Source: Pseudomonadota bacterium (GTDB lineage Bacteria > Myxococcota > JACRCW01 > JAFGSX01). Taken from it: a DNA stretch of 64,000 bases. Where the stretch lies: contig JBDRCO010000051.1 of the NCBI GenBank assembly GCA_043821645.1, positions 160,001-224,000 of the forward strand, given 5' to 3'. This document shows, piece by piece, positions 30,746 to 41,156 of this stretch; position 1 is the first letter of the stretch; each line of letters starts with the position of its first letter. The notes below the pieces were generated by a model, which was not told the origin of the DNA, made no database searches, and saw nothing but the letters and a program-made list of their open reading frames with translations. The translations under genes were made by a program, and so were the position numbers.

Positions 30746-31927
30746 ATGAACGCATGGATCCCAGGCCTCGCGGCACTGCTTTCGTCGCAGACCCCGGTGC
30801 AACTCGATCTGCAGATCCGTCCCGGACTCGAGGTGGTCTATTCCAACGCGATCCTGGCGGAGGTGAGCCTGACCGCCGACGGCGCCCCCGTGGCCGATCA
30901 GCGCGTCGACTTCTTCTTGCGCCAGGAGACCCTTGGCATCGCCTGCTCGCCGGGGAGCCTGCCGGCCACTGGCGTGGACGGGCGCGCCGGCCCGCTCAAG
31001 GTCCGCTTCGTCAATGGGGCCTGTGGTGTCGACGCCTTCGCGGCCTCGGACCCCGACGGTGTGGAGTACCTGCTCGAGGCACGAACAGCTGCGACCGGCA
31101 CCCTGGCTGCGGCCAGTCAGGCGGTCGCCGTGCGGCTGCATCGCGAGGTCGTGACCGTGCAGCTGCTGCCCGAGCACAGCGCGACCCTGGGGTCCGACCT
31201 GACCCTGGTGGCAACGCTCGTGGATCCCTCCGGCGACGTCGATGAGGGCAGCCTGGAAACCCAGGGCCGGGTGCCTCGCCCGATCGAAGGAGCCACGCTG
31301 CACTTCTACCTCGACCTGAATGACGACGGTGACTTCGGGGATGCCGATGAGGCTTTAGGGAGCGCCACCACGAGCGCCAGCGGAACAGCCAGTCTGCGCT
31401 TTGACACCACACCCGTGGCTGGTCTTCCGCGTGCCGGCCGCCACCGCGACGCCGTGCGAGTCGAATTTTCCGCCGACGAGCGCTTCAAGTTCGCCGCGGG
31501 GCTAGGCGATCTGTGGCTACAGCCAGCCTCCGTGGACGCCAAGCAGACGCTGCTCGAGACCACACCTCACACCGCTGTGGCCGACGGGCACAGCGAGATC
31601 CTGCTCCTGGCAACCCTGCGCGATCGCTTCGGCAGCACCCTCGGCCCGGACGATGACCCGCATACGGTGGGCTTCGTGACCAGCGCCGGGGACCTGCAGG
31701 ACAGTGTCGAGCGCAACGCTGCCACGGGGCAGTACAGTCAGTTGCTGCGCGCCCCGGGGCAGGCCGGTGCTGCGACAGTCAGAGTTGTGGTCGACGGCGA
31801 GGAGGGTTCCCAGGTCGAGGTGATGTTCACCGACGTGGGCTGCGGTTGCAGCCTGTCCGCGTCACCGCGGCAGGGTTGGGTTCTCGTGTTCCTCTATGGC
31901 CTCGTGTGGCGACGGAGATCCCCATGA
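30746..31927 (+). CDS. Ig-like (invasin/Big-1-type) exported protein with MYXO-CTERM anchor
   Basis: AVADGHSEILLLATLRDRFG invasin-like module, DLNDDGDFGD Ca-binding-like loop, GCGC...LVFLYGLVWRRRS. Confidence 0.8.
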   Translation: MNAWIPGLAALLSSQTPVQLDLQIRPGLEVVYSNAILAEVSLTADGAPVADQRVDFFLRQETLGIACSPGSLPATGVDGRAGPLKVRFVNGACGVDAFAASDPDGVEYLLEARTAATGTLAAASQAVAVRLHREVVTVQLLPEHSATLGSDLTLVATLVDPSGDVDEGSLETQGRVPRPIEGATLHFYLDLNDDGDFGDADEALGSATTSASGTASLRFDTTPVAGLPRAGRHRDAVRVEFSADERFKFAAGLGDLWLQPASVDAKQTLLETTPHTAVADGHSEILLLATLRDRFGSTLGPDDDPHTVGFVTSAGDLQDSVERNAATGQYSQLLRAPGQAGAATVRVVVDGEEGSQVEVMFTDVGCGCSLSASPRQGWVLVFLYGLVWRRRSP

Positions 31928-33666
31928 GCTCGTCGAAGACCCCGGCACCTGCGCTGTCGACCAGCAGCCAGGTTCGCCAGCAGCTGTTGTCCCTTCCGCC
32001 CAGCAAGAGGGTGGATCACCTCATCGGCTTGCCCAACGTTCGCCAGATCCTCAAGCGACTGTGCCCGCAGGACCTCGTCATCGCACTCCACGCGGCAGGC
32101 ATCGCCGACAGCCTGGAACTCGTCGAGCTGCTGCCACCGTCACAAGTCCAGTGCATCCTCGACCTCGAGACCTGGCATCGCGATCGCATCGAGCCGCGGG
32201 CCCTGGCGAGCTGGCTCAGCGTGCTGTTCGCAGCCAATCCGGAGCGAGCCATGGCCCAGGTGGTTGGCCTGGACGCGGACCTGGTGACCCTGTACATCAA
32301 GCTCTACACGCGGGTCTACGATCTGGGCCTGGAGCCAGAGCCCGAGCCGATGCCCGAGCAAGTGATCACAACCCCCGACAACCGCTACCTGGTCACCTTC
32401 GTGGCCCCCCCCCACCCCGGGGGACGCGGCCAACCGGACCCCACCGATGAGCTGGGTGCCGCCGTGGCGCGGAAGATCGTCGAGGGTCTGATCGCGCGCG
32501 AACCGTTCACTGCCTCGCGCTATCTCGAAGCCGTGCGCTGGGAACTCCCCAGCGAACTGGAGGAGAGCAGCTTGCGGTGGCGCTCGGGACGGTTGGCGGA
32601 TCTCGGCTACGCCGATCTCTACGAAGCCCAGATCATCTATGCCCCCATCGACCTCAACCGGCCACCCCGGGTGCGAGCCGTCGACGTGATCCCGGACCCC
32701 GACGAGCCCGATACTGCCCTCGCCCTGTTTGTCGAGGAGAATGCTGGAGCGCCCCTGCTCCGCGCGGCCAGTGACCGGCTCAGCGGCGCTGAGCACGATC
32801 GCGTCCGGCGCCAGCTCACAGCCCTGTGTAACAAGGTGGCCGCGGCCCAGGCCCTGAGCCCAGGGGATATCGAGGCGCTGACCGGCGCCGTGCACGAGGC
32901 AGTCTCCACCGTCAACCTGGGGCTCGAATACCTGAGCAAGGGTGAACTCGGCGCCGCCGCCGAATGCCTCGTCGACATGGCACTTGCGGACGTGTTCCGG
33001 GTCGGCAACAGCGTGGTGTCTCAGCTCGCACGCAAGGCACGCGCCGTGCTGCGAAGTCTTCGCATCGACGAGCAGCGGAGCCTGCTGTCACCGGCCGCCG
33101 AGGACGTTTTCACGGCCTTGACCCAGCGCTTCCCACGCCTGCACGCCGGCCTGGTCCATCCCGGACAGGTGGGCCGACAACCCTTCGAATCCCTGGCGCA
33201 GCTCGCCCGTGCGGCAGAGTTCGTGGCCGACGTCGGCTTTGTCAGCGCCCTGCTGCTGGACGTGCTTGGGTTCTCGCCTCACCAGCGAGCGTCGCTGCTT
33301 CAGGGCGCCTGCAACGTTGGCGAGCCGGACGAGGTGCACCTCGATCTCATCCTGGCGACTGCCGTGGCACGGGTCCTGGTCGGGGGCACCCTGGACCCCG
33401 CACCGCTGGTGGCCGACGAACTTAGGCACCTGCGCACGGCTCTGCTCGAAAACAGGCAGGCAGCCGTCAAGAGTGCTGTCGAAGCACTGCTTCGACAGGC
33501 CATGCCGCACCTGCCCCTGCCCGGAGCACCCTCGATGGAGAGCGTGCAACAGCGCACGCAACGGTGGTGCGAGGTCCTGGTCGAACGTCTGCACGACGAA
33601 CTCGGGCCCATCCAGGACAGCATTGACCCCAGATTCGTCACCGCGGTGCTCTGCCGGGTCGATTGA
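31924..33666 (+). CDS. DUF6178-like conserved protein
   Basis: GIADSLELVEL...QVQCILDLETW, ELEESSLRWRSGRLADLGY, NLGLEYL..FRVG patterns; ATGA overlap with the upstream gene. Confidence 0.75.
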   Translation: MSSSKTPAPALSTSSQVRQQLLSLPPSKRVDHLIGLPNVRQILKRLCPQDLVIALHAAGIADSLELVELLPPSQVQCILDLETWHRDRIEPRALASWLSVLFAANPERAMAQVVGLDADLVTLYIKLYTRVYDLGLEPEPEPMPEQVITTPDNRYLVTFVAPPHPGGRGQPDPTDELGAAVARKIVEGLIAREPFTASRYLEAVRWELPSELEESSLRWRSGRLADLGYADLYEAQIIYAPIDLNRPPRVRAVDVIPDPDEPDTALALFVEENAGAPLLRAASDRLSGAEHDRVRRQLTALCNKVAAAQALSPGDIEALTGAVHEAVSTVNLGLEYLSKGELGAAAECLVDMALADVFRVGNSVVSQLARKARAVLRSLRIDEQRSLLSPAAEDVFTALTQRFPRLHAGLVHPGQVGRQPFESLAQLARAAEFVADVGFVSALLLDVLGFSPHQRASLLQGACNVGEPDEVHLDLILATAVARVLVGGTLDPAPLVADELRHLRTALLENRQAAVKSAVEALLRQAMPHLPLPGAPSMESVQQRTQRWCEVLVERLHDELGPIQDSIDPRFVTAVLCRVD

Positions 33667-33696
33667 GCCCGGCTGCGCGGGGCTGCGGGAGCAGGT

Positions 33697-34383
33697 TCAG
33701 GTGCCCGGAGCTGCCTGCTCGGGCTTCATGACCCAGCGCTGGATCATGATGTAGACCCCGACCAGTGCCGCGAGGCCCAGGACGATCCACAGGAAGTGCT
33801 GGTGCAGGAGGTCCTTGCCCTCGTAGACAAGAGTTCTGTAGTCCTTGCCCACCGAAGCCTGGCCCACGGCATAGCCGGTGGCGGCCAGGATCGCGACCCA
33901 GATCCCCGCGCCCAGCGACGTGAACAGACTGAAGCGCGCCAAAGACATGCGCGAGAGCCCGGCGGGGATCGAGATGAGCTGGCGAATGGCGGGCAGCAAG
34001 CGACACACGAAGGTGGTGATCTCGCCATGCTTCCTGAACAAGGCCTCGGCGCGATCCAGAGCTTCTGGCTTGACGAAGAAATAGCGGCCGTAGCGATGCA
34101 GGAAGGGACGCCCCAACCACCTGGCCAGGAAGTAGTTGAGCAGGGCGCCGGCGATGGAACCCGCCAGCCCCGCGGCGACGGCGATGGTCAGGCCCAGACC
34201 CGTGGCGTCGCCGCCGACGAACTCATGGCGCGCGATCATCACCCCCGCCGGGATCATGATGATCTCGCTCGGGAAGGGGACAAACGAGCTCTCGATGGTC
34301 ATGAAGATAAAGATGAGCAGTGGCCCCCACACGCGAGCCACCTCGACACCGGCCTCGATGTACTGAGCTAGAGCATCCAGCAC
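33697..34383 (-). CDS. DedA family membrane protein
   Basis: IESSFVPFPSEIIMIPAG, GSIAGALLNY, FVCRLLPAIRQLISIPAG. Confidence 0.93.
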   Translation of the reverse strand: MLDALAQYIEAGVEVARVWGPLLIFIFMTIESSFVPFPSEIIMIPAGVMIARHEFVGGDATGLGLTIAVAAGLAGSIAGALLNYFLARWLGRPFLHRYGRYFFVKPEALDRAEALFRKHGEITTFVCRLLPAIRQLISIPAGLSRMSLARFSLFTSLGAGIWVAILAATGYAVGQASVGKDYRTLVYEGKDLLHQHFLWIVLGLAALVGVYIMIQRWVMKPEQAAPGT

Positions 34384-34677
34384 GTGTTCACTCCTCGTCG
34401 CAGGTCAAGGCGGCGCAGTATTTCAAACCCGCCCCGAGAGGTCCAGCCAGAGGAGGCAGGATCACCCAGCAGGAACCCTTCCAGGACAGGCAGTGGGGGG
34501 CCCTACGGTCCCCCGGTCGCCGGATTGGCAGCAGAGTAAAGAATGCTCACCTGGTTCGTCACGGCGCCGACAGCACCGAGAACGCGCTTGCGATCTTCGA
34601 TCGAAGCGGTCAATTTGACCGGGCTCGACACCCTTGTGGATATTCAGAGTCCGGTCTCGAGCATCCGAGGTGAGCGC

Positions 34678-36063
34678 ATGCGACGGATTGGTGAACCGGG
34701 CTGGGCCTTCGGACTGCTGATCGTGCTCGCCACGAGCTGCGGTCCGGATGCATCTGAGATGACCTCTTGGATGGAACCCGCCAGCGCCGAGAGCGCCATC
34801 GTCAACGGCACGCGCGAGCCCCAAACCGTGGCGTTGAGCGACAGGCAGATCCGGGCCATCGGCTGGCTGTACGACCCCCGGGATCCCTCCTTCGCCTTCT
34901 GCACCGGGACCCTGATCAGCCCACGCATCGTCGTCACCGCCGAGCACTGCGTCAGCGGGACAAGCCCCGGCAGCATCGGCTTCGGCGTGGGTCAGGACCC
35001 GGCCACCGCCGAGGACCTGGTGCCCTCGGTGGCCGCCTTCGCAAACCCCGATCACGACGTCGCCCTCCTCCTGCTCGAGAGGGACCTGATACCGGGCAAG
35101 ATCGCCATCGAACCCTTGCCCTTCAACCTGACCCCCGTCGACAGCACCCTGGTGGGGCACGCGGTTCAGGCTGGCGGCTACGGAGAAACCCGGGATCCGC
35201 TCCGCTCGGGCCGCTGGTTCGCGACGGTGTACGTCTCCGAACTCAGCACAGACGAGATCGTGGTCGATGGGCGCGGCATCCAGGGCATCTGCTATGGCGA
35301 CTCGGGCAGCGCTCTCATCGACCTCGACGCGCAAGGCCAGCCCTTCGTGCTGGCGGTCGAGTCCTGGGGCGACGACACCTGCACGGGCATCGACCACCTG
35401 GCGCGCCTCGACCTGGTCCAGGACTGGATGATGCCCATCCTGGCTGGCGAATACCCCCCGGATCCCTGCCAGGGCGTGTCTGCAGAAGGCAGGTGTGACG
35501 GTGACATCGCCCTGTCCTGCCGCAACAGCAACCTGGTCAGCGTCGACTGCACGACTCTGGGCACGACGTGCAGCTACGTGGCCACGGCCGAGCGCTTTGC
35601 CTGCACCTGTGGCGATCTCACGGATGTCGGCCGCTGCGCCGGCGACATTCTCGAGACCTGCCGCGATGGTCGCATCTCGAGTTCGGACTGCGCCGGACGC
35701 GGACGCTCGTGTGGGTTCGACTCGGCGCGCGGGAGCTATCGCTGTATCGATGCCGCCGTGTGCCGGCCCGAGGACGAGGGCGGACGCTGCGAAGGTGACA
35801 CGCTCATCTCCTGCACGGCTTCGGTCACCTCGCGGGAACTGTGTGGGGTCAACGGGCAGCGCTGCGAGGCGACGTCCGTCGGGTTCGCCTGCGTCGCCCC
35901 GGTCCAGGATGCGGGTCCGGCGGCCGACAGTGGCGACGACTCACCCCCTCCGGCCGGGGACGGCTGCGGCTGCGGGATACAGCCCGGGTCCCCTGCGGGC
36001 AATGGCGTTGCGCTTGTGCTGCTGCTCGGGCTGCCGCTCGTTGCGCGGCGCCGTTTCGCCTGA
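34678..36063 (+). CDS. Trypsin-like (S1) serine protease with Cys-rich repeats and MYXO-CTERM anchor
   Basis: IVNG, CTGTLI, TAEHC, DVALL, ICYGDSGS triad motifs; GRCxGD repeats; GCGC...LLLGLPLVARRRF. Confidence 0.92.
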   Translation: MRRIGEPGWAFGLLIVLATSCGPDASEMTSWMEPASAESAIVNGTREPQTVALSDRQIRAIGWLYDPRDPSFAFCTGTLISPRIVVTAEHCVSGTSPGSIGFGVGQDPATAEDLVPSVAAFANPDHDVALLLLERDLIPGKIAIEPLPFNLTPVDSTLVGHAVQAGGYGETRDPLRSGRWFATVYVSELSTDEIVVDGRGIQGICYGDSGSALIDLDAQGQPFVLAVESWGDDTCTGIDHLARLDLVQDWMMPILAGEYPPDPCQGVSAEGRCDGDIALSCRNSNLVSVDCTTLGTTCSYVATAERFACTCGDLTDVGRCAGDILETCRDGRISSSDCAGRGRSCGFDSARGSYRCIDAAVCRPEDEGGRCEGDTLISCTASVTSRELCGVNGQRCEATSVGFACVAPVQDAGPAADSGDDSPPPAGDGCGCGIQPGSPAGNGVALVLLLGLPLVARRRFA

Positions 36064-36076
36064 GGTCCACACCCGC

Positions 36077-36766
36077 ATGCGCTGGATCCAGTTCGAGCAA
36101 GCCCACCGTCGCAAACACTTCGAGTTCTTCCGCGACCTCAACCATCCCCACTTCTCCGTGTGTGCCCAGGTCGAGATCGGGACCTGGGCCGCTGCGCTTC
36201 GCACCCGGGGCTGGCGTCTCAACACGGGCCTGGTGTACCTGCTGGCGCGTGCCGCCAACGACATCTGCGAGTTCAGGCAGCGCCTGCGCGAGCAGGGCGT
36301 GGTGGAGCACGAGGTGGTGCACCCATCGTTCGCGGTGACCACGGAGGCCACCGACGTGTTCAGCTTCTGCGAGGTTGCGTTTTCCGAGGACGCCGGCGCG
36401 TTCATGGCGCGCGCGGTGCAGACCATCGAGGCCAGGCATCTGGACCCCTCCATGGACGATGTGCCCGGTCGCGACGACTACCTGTTCATGTCGGCCTTCC
36501 CCTGGGTCGCGTTCACCTCCGTGTCCCATCCCATGCAGTACCATCCGCACGACTCGGTACCTCGCATCACCTGGGGCAAGTTCGTCGACAGCGGAGGCCA
36601 GCTCCGGATGCCGCTGTCGGTGCAAGCCCACCATGCTCTCGTCGATGGCGTGCACATGGGCCGCTACTTCCAGCGGGTCGAGGAACTGGCCAGCATGCCG
36701 GACCTCGTCCTCGCAGCGGACGCGAGACAGGAGCCCTCGCCAGCGTGCCCGTTCGATGTGAGATGA
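36077..36766 (+). CDS. Chloramphenicol acetyltransferase (CatA-like) family protein
   Basis: RRKHFEFF, HPSF, SAFPWVAFTS, PRITWGKF, MPLSVQAHHALVDGVH. Confidence 0.88.
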   Translation: MRWIQFEQAHRRKHFEFFRDLNHPHFSVCAQVEIGTWAAALRTRGWRLNTGLVYLLARAANDICEFRQRLREQGVVEHEVVHPSFAVTTEATDVFSFCEVAFSEDAGAFMARAVQTIEARHLDPSMDDVPGRDDYLFMSAFPWVAFTSVSHPMQYHPHDSVPRITWGKFVDSGGQLRMPLSVQAHHALVDGVHMGRYFQRVEELASMPDLVLAADARQEPSPACPFDVR

Positions 36767-36773
36767 GATAGGA

Positions 36774-38612
36774 CTAGCGCACCGGATCCACGACCACCGT
36801 CAAGCTATCGCCCGCGCCCTGGGCATAGATCTGCACACCCTTGCGATGCTCGATGACGATGTTGACGTACGAGCGAAGACTGCCCTCGACCTCGGGGCTG
36901 ATGTACTGCACCGGGCCTCCGGCATCCCGCAGGTCTATCGACCTCAGCAGCCGCAGGTCGTAGATCACCGTATCCCACAGGGTCAGGACCACGGAGCGGT
37001 TGTCCCGCCGGTTGAGGGAGTAGCGGGCACCACCAGGCACCGTGATCTGAACCTTCCCGGCTTCCCCGACCTGACGGTAGCGAACATCGCCGATCTCCTT
37101 GGGACGCACCGCTTCCCCGTCGTCAAGAGCGTCGCTGGCGGTCGGGATCCCGGCCTCGACCCGTCGAAAGCGGCCACTGTGGAGCACCTCGGCAGGGCGT
37201 TCAGCCGGTGTGGTGGTGCGGACAGCAACCCGGGTCTCCTGGGGTTGAGGCACGAGCGTCGCCTTGGGAGGGACACTCGGCGCAGGTTTCGGTGTGGCGA
37301 CCACGACCGGCGCAGGAGCAGGAGCAGGCGCGACGACCACTGGAGCCGGTGGCACCGGCGCAGCGACCGCGGGCCGCGTGGTGACCGGGGGCGGCGTTGC
37401 TCTGGCGTTTGTCTGGCCACCTCCAAAACCCGGCTCGGCGCTCGCTGCGATCACCGGGGACGCCGCCTGAACGCGCTGCTGGGCCAGCAAGGTCTGGTTC
37501 TCCTTTTCCAGCTTGCTGGCCTGAGCGGTCAGGCGCTTCTTGTCCTCCTCGGCCTGGGACAGAGCCTGGAGCAGGCGCTGGCGCTCGGCCTCGATGCGCG
37601 CTGTCTCCGCTGAAGCGCGCTGCTTCTCCTCGGCCAAACGCTGCCGCTCGACCTTGGCCCGGGCAGCCTCCTCGGCGGCCAACCGGTTCGCCGCCTCGGC
37701 GCGCTGACGCTGAGCTTCGGCCTGGCGTGTTTCCTCGACCAGGCGTGCGGCCTCGGCCTCCGCGGCACGGCGCTTTTGCTCCTCGATCTGTCGCTTCTTC
37801 TCCTCGGCCAGGCGCTTGTGCTCCTCGACCTGTCGTTTCTCCTCGGCGGCGAGTATCTGCGCCTCGCGCTCCGCCGCGAGTCGGCGCGCCTCCTCCTCCC
37901 GCTTGGCCGCGGCCTGCTCTGCCTCTATCCGTCGAGCCTCTGCCTGAACACGCTTCGCCTCTGCTTGAACGCGCTTCGCCTCCTCCTGCAAGCGCCGCTC
38001 TTCCTCGACGCGACGAGCAGCCTCGGCCTTCTGGGCAGCCTCTTCGGCCCGCCGCCTGTCGTCGGCATTGCGCCGCGCCTCGGCCGCCGATCGCTGCTGC
38101 TCGAGCTCCGCCACGCGCTGATCTTCCTGCGCCTTCCGGGCCGCAGCCTCGGCGCGCTGGGCCGTCTCGGACAGGCGCCGGGTCTCGGCCTGGCTCCGTG
38201 CGGCCACGGCTTCGTCGCTCTCACCGTCCAGGAACAGAGCCAGCACGATGACATTACGCTCCGTGCGAACGTCGTACACGGCCCCTTCGTCGACGGAAAA
38301 ATGCAGGCGCGCCAGAGCACCTGTCGCACTCTGGGCCTGCTCGAATTGCACCTTGCGCACAGGTGGCACAGGAGGCAGGTCCGCGTTGAGGTGCCCAGGC
38401 ACTTCGGTGGCCAGCATCTCGATGACCACGCGCCGCGGGCTGAGCGCGTCGTAGACCTGGAAGATGGGCGCCTCGCTGCAGGTGATGCGGACCCTGGCTC
38501 CACCAGGTCGGACCTCATCGCGGAGCAGCTGTACCTTCTGGATCTGATTGACAGCCCGGGCCGGCACGGCCACGACCATCAGAGCAAGTGCGAGCCACAG
38601 GGTGCGTCTCAT
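36774..38612 (-). CDS. Exported protein: AMIN-like domain, long E/A/R/K coiled coil, Pro-rich linker, AMIN-like domain
   Basis: Signal peptide (ARA-V), PRRVVIEM..VRKVQFEQ, ~250-aa coiled coil, C-terminal VVLTLWDT..LRSIDL. Confidence 0.8.
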   Translation of the reverse strand: MRRTLWLALALMVVAVPARAVNQIQKVQLLRDEVRPGGARVRITCSEAPIFQVYDALSPRRVVIEMLATEVPGHLNADLPPVPPVRKVQFEQAQSATGALARLHFSVDEGAVYDVRTERNVIVLALFLDGESDEAVAARSQAETRRLSETAQRAEAAARKAQEDQRVAELEQQRSAAEARRNADDRRRAEEAAQKAEAARRVEEERRLQEEAKRVQAEAKRVQAEARRIEAEQAAAKREEEARRLAAEREAQILAAEEKRQVEEHKRLAEEKKRQIEEQKRRAAEAEAARLVEETRQAEAQRQRAEAANRLAAEEAARAKVERQRLAEEKQRASAETARIEAERQRLLQALSQAEEDKKRLTAQASKLEKENQTLLAQQRVQAASPVIAASAEPGFGGGQTNARATPPPVTTRPAVAAPVPPAPVVVAPAPAPAPVVVATPKPAPSVPPKATLVPQPQETRVAVRTTTPAERPAEVLHSGRFRRVEAGIPTASDALDDGEAVRPKEIGDVRYRQVGEAGKVQITVPGGARYSLNRRDNRSVVLTLWDTVIYDLRLLRSIDLRDAGGPVQYISPEVEGSLRSYVNIVIEHRKGVQIYAQGAGDSLTVVVDPVR

Positions 38613-38753
38613 CGGTGTGACCCCCGACGCCACCTGGCGCCATCCCTCTCCATTATCATGAATCGTCCCACACCCAAGTTTTTGACCATGCCCGGCATGG
38701 CACCGGGCAGCGCCGGATAGGCCAAACCAGGGTGCCGGCGAGCTGGCGCGGCC

Positions 38754-41156
38754 TCACCGGGTCGTACGCGCCAGCAAGCCGGGATCGAGGTCGAGTTGTT
38801 CCGCCAGTCGCTCGAGCAGGACGCGCTGACCCTGTATGGTTTTCTCGTCGAGCAGGAGCAGCGCATTCTGCGCCGTCCACAGGTTGGGCGTCAGCTCGAG
38901 GGCACGCGAGGCCTGCATCAGCTGGAGGGCGACCCGGGTGGCGGCCTCGGCGTCCTGACCGGCCTGGACCCGCGCGATGGCCAGCGTCAGCTCCGACTCG
39001 AGGATGAGAGCCAGCTTGCGTCGACGCTCCCGGGGCAGCTTGTAGCCGCGCTCGGCCAGATCCTGGACCCGGTGCAGGTTGTCGTCGTCCAGGTCCTGCA
39101 GAGCGCGCACGAGTTCCTGCTCGATGTAGATCTCCGCAGCCAGACGCATCGCCGGGGGCAGAGGGTAACCGAGTCGCCACAAGCGCTCGACCACCGGCAG
39201 GTCAGGTTGCACGAGGCTGCTCAGCATGGAGCGGTAGGTGGCCACGCGCTCGCTCAGGATGATACCCACAAGACGCTGTCTCTCCCGGGCGAACAGGTCG
39301 TTCAGCTTGAACGAATCGCGAACGAACACGGCGCGCAGCGCATCGTACACATCACCGAGCGAGGCGTCCCGGAACAGTTGCCTAGCCTGCTCCCGGATCT
39401 GCTGAAAATGCTCGCCGTCAAGATCGCGGCGCACCCAGGCGTGCATGTCGAGCCCACCGAAGTGCAGCACGGCACAGGCCGCCTCGCAGCTTTCTCCGGT
39501 CAGCCGCGACGCCACGCGAACCCGCGCCAGCCCGAGATGGGTATCGCCCAGAGTGTCGACGTGTGCTTCGAGGTGTTCCACATCGTAGGCGTAGACCTGG
39601 GCACGACCCTCGCCCTGCTCGAACACGGTTTCGATGACGTCGTGCGCGACCACCCTTTCGAGATCGACCCGGGACGGACGCACCAGCTCCCGCCACACCC
39701 CGGCGCCATTGCCATAAGCGGGGATGTTGCTCTCGGCAGACTCCAGCCGCTTGACAAAGCGCGCCTCGAGCTCCGGTGCGTGGCGCTCACACAGCTGCAG
39801 CGCGCGGGCGGCATAGCGCAGGATCTGCGTGCCCTCCAGACCTGACAACTCGTCGAAGAACCAGCCGCAGCTGGTGAACATGAGCATGCCGTGGCGCTGC
39901 ATCTCGAGCAGGGTCAGGGCACGCTCCCGGGCCTCGTCGGTCCGGGGGCCTCGCAGGTGACGTTGCAGGAACCCATTCACCGTCTCGTCGCTGCGATCGA
40001 GCACCACGTGGATGTAGTCGTCCCGGGCCAGCCAGGGCTCCCCGAGCCAGTGCTGGCCCTCGCGCTCGAACACGGCGTCGAGCTCGCCCTTGAGCATGTC
40101 CAGTGCCTCGCGCAGTGGCGTGCGCCAGCGCTGATGAAAATCTGGTGTCCCGGCGTTGCATCCACAGTCCGAGCGCCAGCGTTCCACGCCATGGGCGCAG
40201 CTCCACGAAGATCGCTCATGGATCTCGACCTCGCGCGTCGGTGGGTGGCGCTCGAGGAAGGTTGCATAGTTCGCCAGTTCGGCCTTTCCGCTCCGGGCAA
40301 TGCGGTCCAGGGCAAAGGCCAGGGCCATGTCACCGAAGCGATGATGATGGCCGTAACTCTCGCCGTCGGTGGCCACATGGACGATCTGCGGCTCGGGGTT
40401 GCTGGCGTCGTGGCCCGCCAGCAGGGCCTCGGCGAGGGCATCGCCGCTGTTGAGCAGACCCCCGAAAGCGATGCCGTGGGCGATGCTGCCATCATAGAAG
40501 AACAGCGCGAGCTCGCGACCGGACGGCAGCGAGATGCGGTAGGCGTAGCGTGGATCGATGCCGTGCTCTCCGCCCTCGACCCATTCTCGGGCGCCGATCG
40601 TGCGCCAGCGCCGCGCCTGCCGTGGCGCCAGCACGGTGAAGCGCAGGCCTTGTTCAGCCAGGGCCTCCAGGGTGTCGAGGTCGACGGCGGTCTCGGGGAG
40701 CCACATGCCCTCGGGGTCCCGGCCGAAGCGGTGGCGAAAATCGGCGACACCCCAGCGGACCTGGGTGCGGCGATCGCGCGGGCTGGCCAGCGGCATGATC
40801 ATGTGGCTGAAGGCCTGCGCCATGGCATTGCCGTGACCACCCAGGCGGGCAGCGCTGGCCTTGTCACCGTCGACGATGCGCTGCAGCGCCGGGGCGTCGT
40901 GCTCGGCCATCCAGGACAGCAGCGTCGGACCGAAGTTGAAGCTGATGTGACTGTAGTTGTTGGCGACCCGTATCACGCGACCGGAGGCTCCCCGGATCCG
41001 CGACAGGCCATTCGGCGCATAGCACTCGCTGCTGATGCGAGCATTCCAGTTCTCGAAGGGTGCCGCGGAGTCCTGGGGCTCGATGGCCTCCAGCCACGGG
41101 TCCTCGCGAGGCGGTTGGTAGAAGTGACCATGGACACACAGGATGGGGGTACTCAT
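38754..41156 (-). CDS. GH57 family glycoside hydrolase with DUF3536
   Basis: HGHFYQPPREDPW, SFNFGPTL, HMIMPL, GMWLPETA, ATDGESYGHH, SWSCAHGVERW, MFTSCGWFFD. Confidence 0.92.
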   Translation of the reverse strand: MSTPILCVHGHFYQPPREDPWLEAIEPQDSAAPFENWNARISSECYAPNGLSRIRGASGRVIRVANNYSHISFNFGPTLLSWMAEHDAPALQRIVDGDKASAARLGGHGNAMAQAFSHMIMPLASPRDRRTQVRWGVADFRHRFGRDPEGMWLPETAVDLDTLEALAEQGLRFTVLAPRQARRWRTIGAREWVEGGEHGIDPRYAYRISLPSGRELALFFYDGSIAHGIAFGGLLNSGDALAEALLAGHDASNPEPQIVHVATDGESYGHHHRFGDMALAFALDRIARSGKAELANYATFLERHPPTREVEIHERSSWSCAHGVERWRSDCGCNAGTPDFHQRWRTPLREALDMLKGELDAVFEREGQHWLGEPWLARDDYIHVVLDRSDETVNGFLQRHLRGPRTDEARERALTLLEMQRHGMLMFTSCGWFFDELSGLEGTQILRYAARALQLCERHAPELEARFVKRLESAESNIPAYGNGAGVWRELVRPSRVDLERVVAHDVIETVFEQGEGRAQVYAYDVEHLEAHVDTLGDTHLGLARVRVASRLTGESCEAACAVLHFGGLDMHAWVRRDLDGEHFQQIREQARQLFRDASLGDVYDALRAVFVRDSFKLNDLFARERQRLVGIILSERVATYRSMLSSLVQPDLPVVERLWRLGYPLPPAMRLAAEIYIEQELVRALQDLDDDNLHRVQDLAERGYKLPRERRRKLALILESELTLAIARVQAGQDAEAATRVALQLMQASRALELTPNLWTAQNALLLLDEKTIQGQRVLLERLAEQLDLDPGLLARTTR

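Noticed and set aside
32405-32413. C9 homopolymer in the DUF6178-like gene as a contingency locus
   Set aside because: The gene is in frame and the run encodes a Pro-rich loop; there is no evidence of slippage.
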